Below, piece after piece: positions 52,151 to 63,485 of a DNA stretch of 64,000 nucleotides. Under the pieces are notes generated by a model. The model saw nothing but the letters and a program-made list of their open reading frames with translations. It did not search any database and was not told the DNA's origin. The number at the start of each line of letters is the position of its first letter. The first letter of the stretch is position 1. The translations under genes were made by a program, and so were the position numbers. Source of the stretch: Neovahlkampfia damariscottae (Eukaryota). The stretch is from assembly GCA_016618085.1 (NCBI GenBank), contig JABLTG010000037.1:1-64000 (forward strand), in the 5' to 3' direction.

Positions 52151-52787
52151 ATGTTCTTTCATGTAAGTCACACTCAATAATTTTTAAATGAAAGATTGTT
52201 TTGGAAAAGAATGTACAATTACCACCAAAATTTGTATTTACTCTTCTTTTTTTTTTTAAAACTCCAAGTTTGGACCAACTTTAAAAAATACAATCATTGA
52301 TAAATTAAATAATGAAGCGGAAGGACAATGTTCTGTTCGTTATGGATATACTATTTGTGTAACAAAAATATTAAATATCGGAAAAGGTAAAATTAACGAT
52401 TTTGGTCATGCCACTTTTCCAATAAAATACCAAGCTGTAGTTTTTAAACCATTCAAGAATGAAGTAATTGATTGTGTAGTATCAAAAGTGACAAAGATTG
52501 GTTTTTTTGCAGATGTTGGACCTGTACAAATCTTTGTTTCAAGACATGTAAGTGTCGTTTTTTGTCTTTTTTAATTTTATCAAAAGCAAATTTCAGTTGA
52601 TATGAGATTTGAACCTGATTCAACACCACCTTGTTTTATTTCTGAGGATCAATCTATCAAGATACAAAAAGATGATGAAATTAGATTAAAAGTTGTTGGT
52701 ACAAATTTTGAAAATCAACAAATATTTGGAATTGGATCAATTAAAGGTGATTATTTGGGACCTTTCTTGGAAGCAGAACAAGATTAA
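52151..52787 (+). CDS. POLR2G: RNA polymerase II subunit RPB7
   Basis: MFFHIVLEKNVQLPPKFFGP..EGQCSVRYGY..VFKPFKNEV..VGPVQIFVSRH..GSIKGDYLG; three introns. Confidence 0.96.
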
Positions 52788-52803
52788 AATAAAAATATTT
52801 TAT

Positions 52804-53706
52804 TTATAAAAATATATTGGATGAAGTTAATGGATATAATAAAAAATAAAATGAAACTAAACCAAAAATATAAGAAAATCTTAAAACTAAAATAGAAATG
52901 GAATTAAAAAGATATTGATTTTATATATTACTATTTTTAAATTTATGATATTTCATTGCTGAAAAATCAGGTAAACCTAAATAATTACAATAAGAATGCA
53001 TAAATATTGAAGGTAATAAACAACTAGTTCTAAGGAATATAAAACAACAAAAACATGCAAATATAGTAGTATAAGTTAATTGAATAGTAACTATTAATAT
53101 TGCTTTTGATAATGATTTTCTTTGATATATTAATAATTCAATAATATGATGAGTATGAGCAATACCAAATAACAAAGATGAAATTAAATTAGTTTGATTT
53201 TGATTAAAACTTTGAATCAAAATTGAACAAATACAACTTCGAAATACAAATTCTTCTGTAAAAGGACCAATAATTAAATTACGAACTGTTTGAAAATCAT
53301 TATTATTCCATTCATTAAAAATTAAATGTTGAATTTCTTTTAAAAAATTAGTAAACCATTGAAATATTGGTTTAATATTAATTTTAAAATCCTCTGTAAT
53401 TACTAAATTATCTAATAGAATATGTACTAAAGGTCCAAAAAATAAAATAGAAGTTAAAATGAAAGCACTTAAAGTTCCAAATAAATTTGATAAAATTGAA
53501 GTTTGAATTCCTAATGATTTAAATAAAACATGTTTTGGTAACAAAAAATAACAAATTATAAAACAAATTAAAGATGCCATCAAAACACTAAAACTTCTCT
53601 TTTTTATTGAATTGGTTGTATTTCTATTTTCTTTATTCTTCCAAAAATATAAACTTAAAACATATATTAAACTAAATGAAATAGATGTCAGGAGATTAAA
53701 ATACAT
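52804..53706 (-). CDS. RCE1: CaaX prenyl protease 2 (Rce1)
   Basis: RNLIIGPFTEEFVFR, LFGIAHTHH, HSYCNYLGLP; one 45-nt intron. Confidence 0.94.
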
Positions 53707-53740
53707 TGCTAACAATAATTCTGAAGAATTAACCAATCAA
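53707..53740. promoter_or_regulatory. 34-bp divergent promoter with a single CCAAT (53733-53737); representative of a window-wide motif
   Basis: Lies between the RCE1 ATG (minus, 53706) and the ATG at 53741 (plus). Confidence 0.7.
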
Positions 53741-54277
53741 ATGACTTCAGTGGAGCAGAAAACTAAACAATTACCAACATTTGACCTTTCTTCATTTTTA
53801 ATTGGAAAATGGAAAAGAAATTTAACATGTAAAGAATTTGGTGGTCTTTTTCAACATCAAAAAGGAACTTCTTCAATAATACAAATAGAACAAATGAGTA
53901 CAGTTGAAACAAAAGATTTAAAGTATATAACTTTTTTTTTTTAAACAATATTTAGAAGTTTAAGATGGTATTCTGGTAAATCCTTAAAAGAAAAGAATTT
54001 TTTATTTCAAATGAAAATATTACCAAAAAAAGATGAAACAGAAATTTTCAGTGAAATTGAAGTCAATTTTGATAACCATATTTGTGATGGTAGATTTTAT
54101 GAAAAAGAAAAAAGTTTCATTCTAAATTTTTCAACATCTGAATCAGTTTCAAATTTAACTTATAAAATAGTTGACCAAGATTCAATGAGTATTTGTTCAG
54201 TAGATATTTCTTCAAGTGGGAATACAATACAATTTGGGAATTTTATAAGAATAAAAGATACAAATTATGTGGTTTAA
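53741..54277 (+). CDS. Hypothetical beta-rich protein (calycin-like GxW motif)
   Basis: One intron joins the frames of ORFs 53612 and 54011; FLIGKW near the N-terminus. Confidence 0.55.
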
Positions 54278-54411
54278 AAAAAGAGTTGATATTCTGATAG
54301 TTGTTAAATTACCCAATAATTACTATTTATTAAAAAAAAAATTTCACATGAAATCATTGGAGCGTTTTCAGCCAATAAGATACCTTTGTTAATTAACCTC
54401 AACAACAAAAT

Positions 54412-55978
54412 ATGAACGTGAATGACATGAAGCTAACAGAGAAAGAAAAATTAAAAAAAAATGATTTATATCAACATATATGCAATATCATCAGAAATAA
54501 ACCATCAACTTCAAATCCAATCCTTCAGATTACAAGCATTTTTAATGAAATGAATCATCTTTATGAATTAGATATAAATTTAGAAGAAACCATCTCTGAT
54601 ATATTGAAAATATTGCAAAGCTCTGTTCATGGTTCTAGTCAATCTGGTGTAGGAACGCAGTCAAATCAGAGCACTTTAATCAGAAAAAGAGAAACTGTAA
54701 GAAATATTTATAATCTAATCTTAAGAATCAAAATAACCATTACAATCTACTTCCACCTTCGAAAAAGCAAACCTTTCCTCCATTGAACCAAAATGTTGAA
54801 ATCATTCCTCATTTCCAAACCCAAATGCAACGTTTTCCACTATTTAATCCAACAACAGATACTTTTAATCAACAAATTCAAAGGAACTTACTTTTGAATT
54901 CAACACCTCAAATAATTCAAGACAGAAAATACAATTCAGAGTTCATAAAATCTGAACAAACAAAACAAAACAATAGATTCACAACACAAGTAGTTTATAA
55001 TTCTAATTTATTAAGACCAATTCATTCTTTAAAAGTCGAAAACAAATCAAATATTTCACCTATCAAATTAGAAGAGGACCACAGTACAATAAAAAATGTA
55101 ACTTCAAATATTTTAATTCATTCCTTAAACATAGAATGAAAATGATGTAAAAAGACACAAATATACAATTGAAGAAACAGATATCCTTGAAAAATTATTT
55201 CTTCAAAATAATCACCCTGATACAGATGCAGTAAAAATAATTTTTTTTTAAAATAATTAATGATTCAAAGAGAAAAGAATTAGCAATTAAACTTCAAAAA
55301 ACTCCTAGAAGTATTCAAATTTGGTTTCAAAATAGAAGAGCAAAAGAAAAAATTAAAGAAATTAATGAAGAAGTACTTTTAATGAAAGAAGAAGAAAAAG
55401 GACCAGTTACTAATAAGAATGAGTTATTATTTGATGTAACCATCTCAAAATTAAACGATGCATTTCAACCAATAAAATATAAAATTGATACTTTTAAATT
55501 TGAAGAGAAAACCTTTGAAAATATTATTGAAATTGAATTAAAGAAAGATATATTCCAAATGAATATTATTTTAAATCATTTAAAAAAAAACGAAAAATAT
55601 AGAATAGAATTTCATTTAAATGATATTCAATCTATTAAAAAGAATATAATATCAAATAATGAAATTATTTTAATATTTAAAATGTTTAGACAACCAAGAT
55701 TTTCAATATTTAAAGATAATGAATTTAAATCAACTTTTGATTTTACATTTGATAATCAAGCATCAAATATTAAATATCATGAATTAACATTTAAAAATGA
55801 TACTCAATTTGAATCATTTTTTAATTTGTAAGAATTAATAATTAATCATAATTATAGATTAAGAAATTTAATAAATGTTGATCATCTATTAAATATTGAA
55901 TTAAATGATGATTCAATATATTTTGATCATATTTTAAAATTAATGAAACAAAATATAATTTCAAATTTACATCAATAA
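54412..55978 (+). CDS. Homeodomain transcription factor with Pho2/Hoy1-type C-terminal domain
   Basis: Spliced KRHKYTIEETDILEKLF..HPD..RKELA..IQIWFQNRRAKEK; downstream YRIEF..QPRF..DFTFDNQAS..H; four introns. Confidence 0.88.
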
Positions 55979-56051
55979 AAAATATCTAACCTTATTATAT
56001 CAAAACTAAAAACTAAAAACACACACTCAAGATGAAAATAATTTAAATAAA

Positions 56052-57835
56052 TTAATCTACTTTATTTTTAAAGAATATATTTTTTAATTTTCTAATCATT
56101 TCTTTTTCTTTTTTCCAACTAAAAAAATGAATAAAGTAGTGTGATACTTACATTAAATAAATTGAAATTAAAAATAAAATGAAACCAATAAATAAATGTA
56201 TAATTCTATTTAAATTTATAATTTCTAAATATTTTGTTAAAATAAAAGAAAATAAAAAATAAAATAGAATATAAATATTTGGTATAATATTATTAAAAGA
56301 GAATGATATTTTATTTTGATTCCAAAAATTTAAAATATAAAAATAACTAAATATAATTCTCATTAACATATTTAAACAATTTGAAATAATGAATGAATAA
56401 ATACCAAAATTTAAAATATTTACAAAAATATAAATTGAAATTAAATAAATAAAAGAAAATAAAATCATAAAATAATTAAATCTTTTTAAATTATTTTCAT
56501 TTGATTCTGCTTGTATAAATGATTCAGTTATACCATTTAATGGTAATAACATTACATAAATACAATAAAATGATAATATTTTAGATGCATTTATTGACCA
56601 TTTATTACCATGTAAAATATATATTAATGTATTTGAATAAGATGGTCCAAAAAATATAAAATAATATCCAATTAAAATTAAGAATTTCAATAATTGAATT
56701 AACATTTCTTTTGATAATTTTAAATTTTCTATTCTTTTATTCTTCTTTTCTTCTTGTTTATTTAATAATTTACTCCATGATGTATTTGATATTTCTTCAA
56801 TTGGTTGAAATAATATTCTTGCAACTAATGATCCTAAATTCGATGTTAAATCATATATCCCTTGATCTTTTAAACTAGAAAATAAAAATAAAAAGAATTT
56901 CTCTCCTTCTGATAATAAAAATTTTAAAAGAGTTTGATAAAAAAATGAAATGAAAATATTAAATTTAGTTGATTTAGTTAAAATGGTTGAAGTATTGACT
57001 TTAAGATTGGTATTGGAGTTGGTGTTTGAGTTAGTGTTTGGATATGTATATGTGTCTATATTTGTGTATGTGTCTGGATTTGAGTTTGATTCAATATTTA
57101 AATTTGAATCATCTTGAATATCATTTGTGTAATAAAATATTTCAAATTTATATTTTTTAAAATAAAATGAAATTAAAAATATTGAAAATATAATTTGAGA
57201 AATACAAAAACCAAATAAAAAGTTTTGATTTAATTTTAAAAAGAATGAAATAATTAACATTTTAAAAAATAAAGATATTCCTTCAATTTGAACTCTAAAT
57301 TTATAATTTGATTTTAATTCATTTAAAATATAAAATGGTTCATTTAATATTTCAATGAATGTACTAATTGAATAAAATATTAAAAAATATTCTAAATTTG
57401 GAAATTCATTATACTTGTCTTTATTATTAATAATTTGTATAAAAAATAAAAGATATCCAATAATTAAAATAATAATACCAATAGGTATTTCATATAAATT
57501 TAAATTTAAAATAAATTCTTTTTCTTTTTTCTTTTCAAAATTGATTCGTCTACTTATTCGACGAAAACTCTCTCGACTTAAAAATAGAATTGTATTTGAA
57601 AAAAATTCAAAAGTAAATATAATCTATTTAATTAATTCAAAAATGTTTAAATTACTCCTTTGGTTTCAGCGTTAATATTTCTTGTTATTATAAAAGTATT
57701 CATCAAAAAAGTAAAGATTTTTGAAATTAATTGAAAACTCAATAGTGATATTAATCCTCTATTTATTTTGTTTATCATTTCATTTTCTTCTTCCACTTTG
57801 TTGGAAACATCATTCTTTTCAGTTTGTTGTTCCAT
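56052..57835 (-). CDS. RFT1: RFT1 (Man5GlcNAc2-PP-Dol translocation protein)
   Basis: QLISKIFTFLMN, LFLSRESFRR, LKFLLSEGEK, NLGSLVARILFQPIEE, LNGITESF; two introns. Confidence 0.94.
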
Positions 57836-57964
57836 TGTTATTGGTCAATTTTTTAGTGAAAATAAAAAATGATTGAAATTGTATTCTTCATAATAAAAAT
57901 CAAATCTATTTCAGTTCTTCCATAAAAGGTGATTTTTTTTTTTAACCAATCGAAGAAGCTCAAA

Positions 57965-58525
57965 ATGTTTTCCACAAAGTTTATCGTTAAAAGTCATCTT
58001 TCCAACATAATCAGATTACAAAGTAAAACAGCATTAAAAGTTGTACCAAAAGATAGATTTTCACCTTTTGGAAATGTTGAAACAATGGACAGAGATTTTA
58101 TGACGGAAGAAGACTTTTTTGATGAAGAAGATTCCATTTTTGAAACTGCATCAAATATGATGTTGGATGACTTTCATGAAGAAAATAATATAAAAAATAT
58201 TGAAAATTCTATTTTTAGTAGTTTAAAACAAGATTTAGAATTTTCCAAACTTTTTGGTCGAAACTTTCATGTTAAAAGTTCTGAGAGTTGTTATGTTGAA
58301 AGTGAAAGTGAAACAGAAATGATACAAACCATTAAATTAGGAAATCAAAATGGAAAACAATGTAGTTGTTCAAGTATTATCAAATTACCAGAAAATGAAA
58401 ATGTATTTGATATTTGTTCAATTCATGTAAAATTTGAAGAAAGTGGTCAAGAATTTCATATTAATCAACCTTTATCAAATTATTCAAATCCTTCTTCAAT
58501 GGAAGTTGTATTTTCAGAAAAATAA
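57965..58525 (+). CDS. Hypothetical acidic protein with mitochondrial-type leader
   Basis: ATG 57965 after a CCAAT; MFSTKFIVKSHLSNIIRLQS leader; intronless. Confidence 0.6.
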   Translation: MFSTKFIVKSHLSNIIRLQSKTALKVVPKDRFSPFGNVETMDRDFMTEEDFFDEEDSIFETASNMMLDDFHEENNIKNIENSIFSSLKQDLEFSKLFGRNFHVKSSESCYVESESETEMIQTIKLGNQNGKQCSCSSIIKLPENENVFDICSIHVKFEESGQEFHINQPLSNYSNPSSMEVVFSEK

Positions 58526-58558
58526 AAAAATATACAAATGACATATAATAAAAAATCA

Positions 58559-58891
58559 TTAACTACTTTTAACTTTTTCAATTGTTAATTTTGTTTGATT
58601 TATTTTATAATTATTATCACAATTTGAACATTTACCAAATAAATAAAATTCTAAAGGATTCATTAAAAATGATATACTTTCTTTAATAGGAGGAAATATA
58701 CTTATATCTTTCTTGAATAAAATTAGAACAAAAAAAAAAAAAAAGTATACAAAACAATATGGACAATAATAGTACTTTTTTGGTAAATATACATGAAATA
58801 AATTATTATTTAATTTAATAGTTTCATTCCATATAACAACACTATCACTATCAGTTAGAGTTTCTCTACCACCACTTTGATTGTTCTCCAT
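58559..58891 (-). CDS. Small zinc-ribbon-like protein (CPYC..CSNC)
   Basis: Two CxxC pairs. The T-rich in-frame stretch near 58713-58748 is probably an intron. Confidence 0.55.
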   Translation of the reverse strand: MENNQSGGRETLTDSDSVVIWNETIKLNNNLFHVYLPKKYYYCPYCFVYFFFFFVLILFKKDISIFPPIKESISFLMNPLEFYLFGKCSNCDNNYKINQTKLTIEKVKSS

Positions 58892-58964
58892 TTAGTATTT
58901 CAAAATTTAATTGGATGAAAATAATTATATAATAGTATTATTATTTCAAAATACAAAATTTTAA

Positions 58965-59299
58965 TCATTCCTCTTTTTTTTTTTCTCTTTCTCTTTCTTC
59001 CAACATTCTCCTTTTTTTAAAAAAATATTAAACTGAGTTATATATGGTATTTACCTTGCTACCCACATCTCTATTCTATCATAGAATGGTAAATCTTGAA
59101 GACCATAACCAGAACAAAGGAACCATATAACAATAACAAAACCTGTAAATACTATGGATAGAGCAACAGTTAATACAACCCACAATTCATTATAGTGTTC
59201 AACTAAATTATTTAAATAGTTTTATAAATTCAAACTCATATGATTTAAAAGTTGAAGAAAACTGAAGTTACAAAAATCACAAGTTTTTCCTGTGACCAT
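58965..59299 (-). CDS. Small single-pass membrane protein (not in ORF track)
   Basis: Two introns give MVTGKTCDFC..ELWVVLTVALSIVFTGFVIVIWFLCSGYG..RRMLEEREREKKKEE*. Confidence 0.6.
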
Positions 59300-59335
59300 T
59301 TCATTGGACAACTGATTTGAACCTATAAAAATTGA

Positions 59336-60166
59336 ATGAAGAAACCAAAATATGTGGTAGATTCAGTTAGCTATGAAAGTGAAATATATAAATACTATTT
59401 ACAGAGGTATAGATTATGGAGATTATATGTTTGATTTAAATATTATTAAAATATTAGGATGGAGGTGTTTGGTTTGAGAATAAATATATATATTTTTAAT
59501 ATTTAGGATGGATAAAGAGAGTTGGTTTAGTGTTACACCAGAGATATTGAGTGAATATTTATCAAATAGAATAGGATATCAAGGTATAATATTAGATTTA
59601 TTTGCAGGAACAGGTGGTAATTCTATTCAATTCGCTAAAATGGGTAATTATGTTATTTCATGTGATAAAGATTATAAAAAGATTGAATGTTTAAAAAATA
59701 ATTCAAAAATATATAATGTAGATAAAAATATTGGTATTATTATACATTATTAGTTTCAATTTTTTAAATAGATACAATTATAGGTGATTATCAACATTTT
59801 AAATTCTTTAAAAATTCAATTGATGTTGTATTCTTATCACCACCTTGGGTATAAATATATTTAATTATTTTAATAAAAAGGGTATTTACCATTAATTATT
59901 TATTTTGAATAGGTGGTCCAAATTATTCAAATAAAGAATATTTTGATATTAAGAATGATATACCAATGAATGGAATTGAATTATTTAAATTTGCTAAAAA
60001 GATAACAAATAATATAATATATTTATTACCAAAAAATATAAATAAAAAACAAATTAAATATGAATTATTAACATTATTTAATGAACCATGTGAATTTGAA
60101 GAGAATTATATTAATAATCAATTAAAGTCAATAACACTATATTTTGGAAACTTAATGAAAAAATAA
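59336..60166 (+). CDS. TGS1: Trimethylguanosine synthase
   Basis: KYYLQRYRLW..MDKESWFSVTPE, LDLFAGTGGNSIQFA, DVVFLSPPWGGPNY, YLLPKN. Needs five introns, including a 14-nt and a 1-nt exon. Confidence 0.94.
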
Positions 60167-60168
60167 AG

Positions 60169-60987
60169 TTATTTTTTTATTTCTTCTTCTTCTTTTACTT
60201 GTTCAATTTTTGATTCATTTACTACTTCTTCTTCTTCTTCTTTTTGTTGTTGTTCCATTTCTTGTTTGTTTTCTTCTTCTGGTTCAAATTCAACTTCTTC
60301 TTCAATTTGTTCATCCATTTGAGATTGATAAAATTTATCCCATCTTTCATTTGTCCAACCTCTAGAACCTAATCTTCTTTCATTTTCTAATTCTGGTACT
60401 TCAGCAAGAATAACTGTTAAATGAGACCATCTTGTAATTTGAACACCATATTTTCCTCTTGCGTGTATTTTATATCTCTTTCTTGTTCTTCCTTTTGTAA
60501 CAAATATTTCATGAATAACTAACCTTTCAGCATTTAAACCTATATTATTTTCACCATTGAACATTGCACTTTGAATTAACTTATAAACATAAATAGATTG
60601 TCTTCTATTTAATGTTTCTAAATCTTTTAATGCTTGACGTGCACTTAAACCTCTAACATAATCCGCTATTTGCATTAAACGATGTGGACTACCTGGACAC
60701 TGACGTAATACAGCTTTACACTTTGGCCATTTCTTTTCTTCTTTTGGATTCTTCTTTGGTAATTCTGTTGCAGTTACACGTGTTTTAACTCTGTTTACTG
60801 AACTCTTTGTAAATACTCTTTTACTTTGTAATAAATTTATTTTTGGATCTTTTTTTGTTTCATTATTTAAATTTTCATTTTCGAATTTATTATTTGTTAA
60901 AGAAAATAATCTTTTTTGTATTTGTTCAGTTCCTTTGAAAAATTGTTTATGACCACTTTGTCTTAAAAGTTTTGAAATGGATTTCAT
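60169..60987 (-). CDS. MRPL22: Mitochondrial ribosomal protein uL22m
   Basis: Targeting leader; SPHRL..VRGL..A..L, SAMFNGENN, HARGKYG..WSHLTVIL. Confidence 0.9.
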   Translation of the reverse strand: MKSISKLLRQSGHKQFFKGTEQIQKRLFSLTNNKFENENLNNETKKDPKINLLQSKRVFTKSSVNRVKTRVTATELPKKNPKEEKKWPKCKAVLRQCPGSPHRLMQIADYVRGLSARQALKDLETLNRRQSIYVYKLIQSAMFNGENNIGLNAERLVIHEIFVTKGRTRKRYKIHARGKYGVQITRWSHLTVILAEVPELENERRLGSRGWTNERWDKFYQSQMDEQIEEEVEFEPEEENKQEMEQQQKEEEEEVVNESKIEQVKEEEEIKK

Positions 60988-61030
60988 TGGTGAAAAAAAA
61001 AATGTAAAAAAAATCTTTAAAATTTATTTT

Positions 61031-61490
61031 TATAATAATGATTTCTCTTTTACATATTCTCTAATATTTAATGCTTGTTTTATAATTTATTTGTTGGTAA
61101 TTTTGGAAAATTATTCAAAAATGTTTAGATTTCTGAATACTTAAAATCAAAAAGGAATATAAAAAAAAGAGAAATGAATAGACCCATCATTTAATATAAA
61201 ATACATATCCCATATTTCTAATAAACATCTTCAATATTAAATAAATGAATAGATATATTATTACTCAAATTGTAATTGAAAAGATAAATATTATTTTATC
61301 CAATCTTTTGATATAATTTAAAATTAGGTGAATTATTAATGTTATTTAGACATACACAACCACAATTATATACACATTTTCAAAATTAATTTTATTCAAA
61401 AATGAATTAAATAAAAAATATGATTCAAATTCTTCATGAATAAATGGTTCTAAAAGATGTATAAAAATGATAATCATATTTAATATCATA
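61031..61490 (-). pseudogene. Degenerate gene fragment, possibly Rab-GAP TBC domain, adjacent to the TIR element
   Basis: Fragments HLLEPFIHEEFESYFLFNSFL, LLEIWDMYFILNDG and KQALNIRE are broken by stops/frameshifts; a residual intron lies near 61140-61182. Confidence 0.4.
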
Positions 61491-61511
61491 ATAATTATAA
61501 TAAGATATTAA

Positions 61512-61670
61512 TAAGACTCCTATATAATTAATCACTTTATGAGAATATAAACTTTAGTTTCTGAGTGGAAGTCAATGGTTTTAAATAGCGTTTTATTTAT
61601 TAACATGACTTTAATCCGAATAAGTGGTGTTATTCCAATAAGTGATGTTTCAACCGAATAAGTCATCAGA
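61512..61670 (+). repeat. Isolated, more diverged copy of the element's left terminal repeat
   Basis: taagactcctatataattaatcac.. aligns with 61702 onward and carries ccgaataagt subrepeats. Confidence 0.85.
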
Positions 61671-61701
61671 TATTTCTTTATCTGAAGGTAACTAAAAAAA
61701 A

Positions 61702-63324
61702 TAAGACTCCTATGTAATTAGTCACGTTATAAGAATAAACCTTAGTTTCTAAGTTGAAGTATGTGGTTTCAGCCGAACAAATATGGGTTTCAATTATAAC
61801 ATTACGTATTTTTGAATAAGTGTGGTTAATGTGAACAAGTGGTGTTATTCCGAATAAGTATGGTTTTTGAAGAATGAGTAGTGTTACTCCAAATAAGTTA
61901 CTTTTTACACAAAAGGTTCAGTTATTCTAAATAACGAAACACTTCAAAGTGTAATGTTACAGTATCAATAAAAACTCCAGTTGTGAAATAAAAAAAAATA
62001 TTCTTCAATTCTTCATTTCTTTTTTTTGTATTTTGTAATTCTCAAGTTGTTTTGTTTTCTAATTGTTCGTCAGTGCAACTCTTTAAACCAATTTTGTAGT
62101 AACTATTGTATAGTTTGGATGGATATTACATTTATTTTGAAAGGCGACAAAACAAGCATATGCCAACAAATAACATGATCAATTGTGGAGTGTAAAACAC
62201 GAAACAGAATAATATTTTCTGTTTATACTTATTGGGTTGTGCCTTTTGGTATGCAAATTCTAGTCTAGATGTGATTGGAGAAAATCAAGATTTTCTTTTT
62301 TTTTAATCCTTCAAATTCATAATTTTCTATCAAGTAAAGTTGAAGAAAATGTTTGTAGTTGAAGAAGACCGATGTCTAACAAAAGATGAATGGAACATAA
62401 TAAATTCTCGTAAAACCAATCCTCCAGAATATCCAGAAGAATATGAAAAGTTTTGGTCAAACTTGACAGGAAGAAAAAAAAAAGATTGAACCTTCACAAG
62501 AAGAATTAGAAAAATTAAAGAAGCGCTATAGCAAGCCTAAAAAATCAGAAAAAATTGATCCTACATCTTTTGGTATTGATGAAAAGCGAGAAAATGTTGA
62601 CAATGCAAAAATTGTAAAAATGGAAGGAAACAATGACTTGAATTCAGATTATATGATAAATCTTTCCATGAATGCCAAGATAATTTTCAAAAATGGAGCT
62701 CCTGTTGCTGGTAATGCATATTTTACGTATGAATTGAATAATGTGAATAATGAATCTTTTACAATGCATGTAAATCTATCAAAAGACAAACTTTCTGGAC
62801 TCAAAGAAACAGCATCACAACTTCGTTCTTTTGCAGAAAAAAAAGGAAGGGGATACAATGTTGCAACTTCTGATGAAAAAAATCTGATATCAAACTTAAT
62901 AGAACAAATTGAAAAAATTAAATTTTAAATTTTTTTATTTGATGAAAATTTTCCATATTTAAGAAGTGGTATTTTTTACAATCCATGTTTCAACTAAAAA
63001 CAATATTTTTCATTTTGAAGTGTCTTGTTGGCAATAAAACACAACTTTTATTTTATAACATGACGAATTATATTCAATCTTAATGATGTAAAAAAAAGTG
63101 ATAAAGGGATTTATTTTCAATAGCATCACTTATTTAGAGTAACACCACTTGTTTGTTAAAACCCATACTTATTCGGAATAACACCACTTGTTCAGATTCA
63201 CCACACTTATTCGGAAACAAGTCTTTTTATTGCTAAAAACCACCTTTGTTCGGTTGAAACCACAGACTTCAACTTAGAAACCAAGGTTTATTTGTATAAC
63301 GTGACTAATTACATGGGAGTCTTA
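61702..63324. mobile_element. Non-autonomous DNA transposon with ~200-bp imperfect TIRs and possible TA target duplication
   Basis: Left taagactcctatgtaattagtcacgttata..aaccttagtttctaagttgaagt matches the reverse complement of 63128-63324. Internal ~19-21 nt repeats (ccgaataagtggtgttatt). No transposase recognised. Confidence 0.88.
62349..62928 (+). pseudogene. Cargo ORF inside the TIR element, apparently frameshifted at an A-run near 62475
   Basis: MFVVEEDRCLTKDEW.. stops just after the A-run; an alternative frame runs into ORF 62620..62928. Confidence 0.45.
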
Positions 63325-63485
63325 ATATATACTTTTTTTATTTCCTAAAATCTCTTAATTTTTCTAAATCTATAAATGTTTATGTATTTAATATTTCATT
63401 AATCTCTCTTTTAAAAATTAAAAATCAATCTTTCTTTTACTTTTTATTTCTTCATTCATTGGTTTATGTTTTTAATTGGCCAATT

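Noticed and set aside
61610..61900. Regularly spaced ~20-nt repeats resembling a CRISPR array or iterons
   Set aside because: No unique spacers, eukaryotic context, and they are mirrored in the right arm, so they are transposon subterminal repeats.
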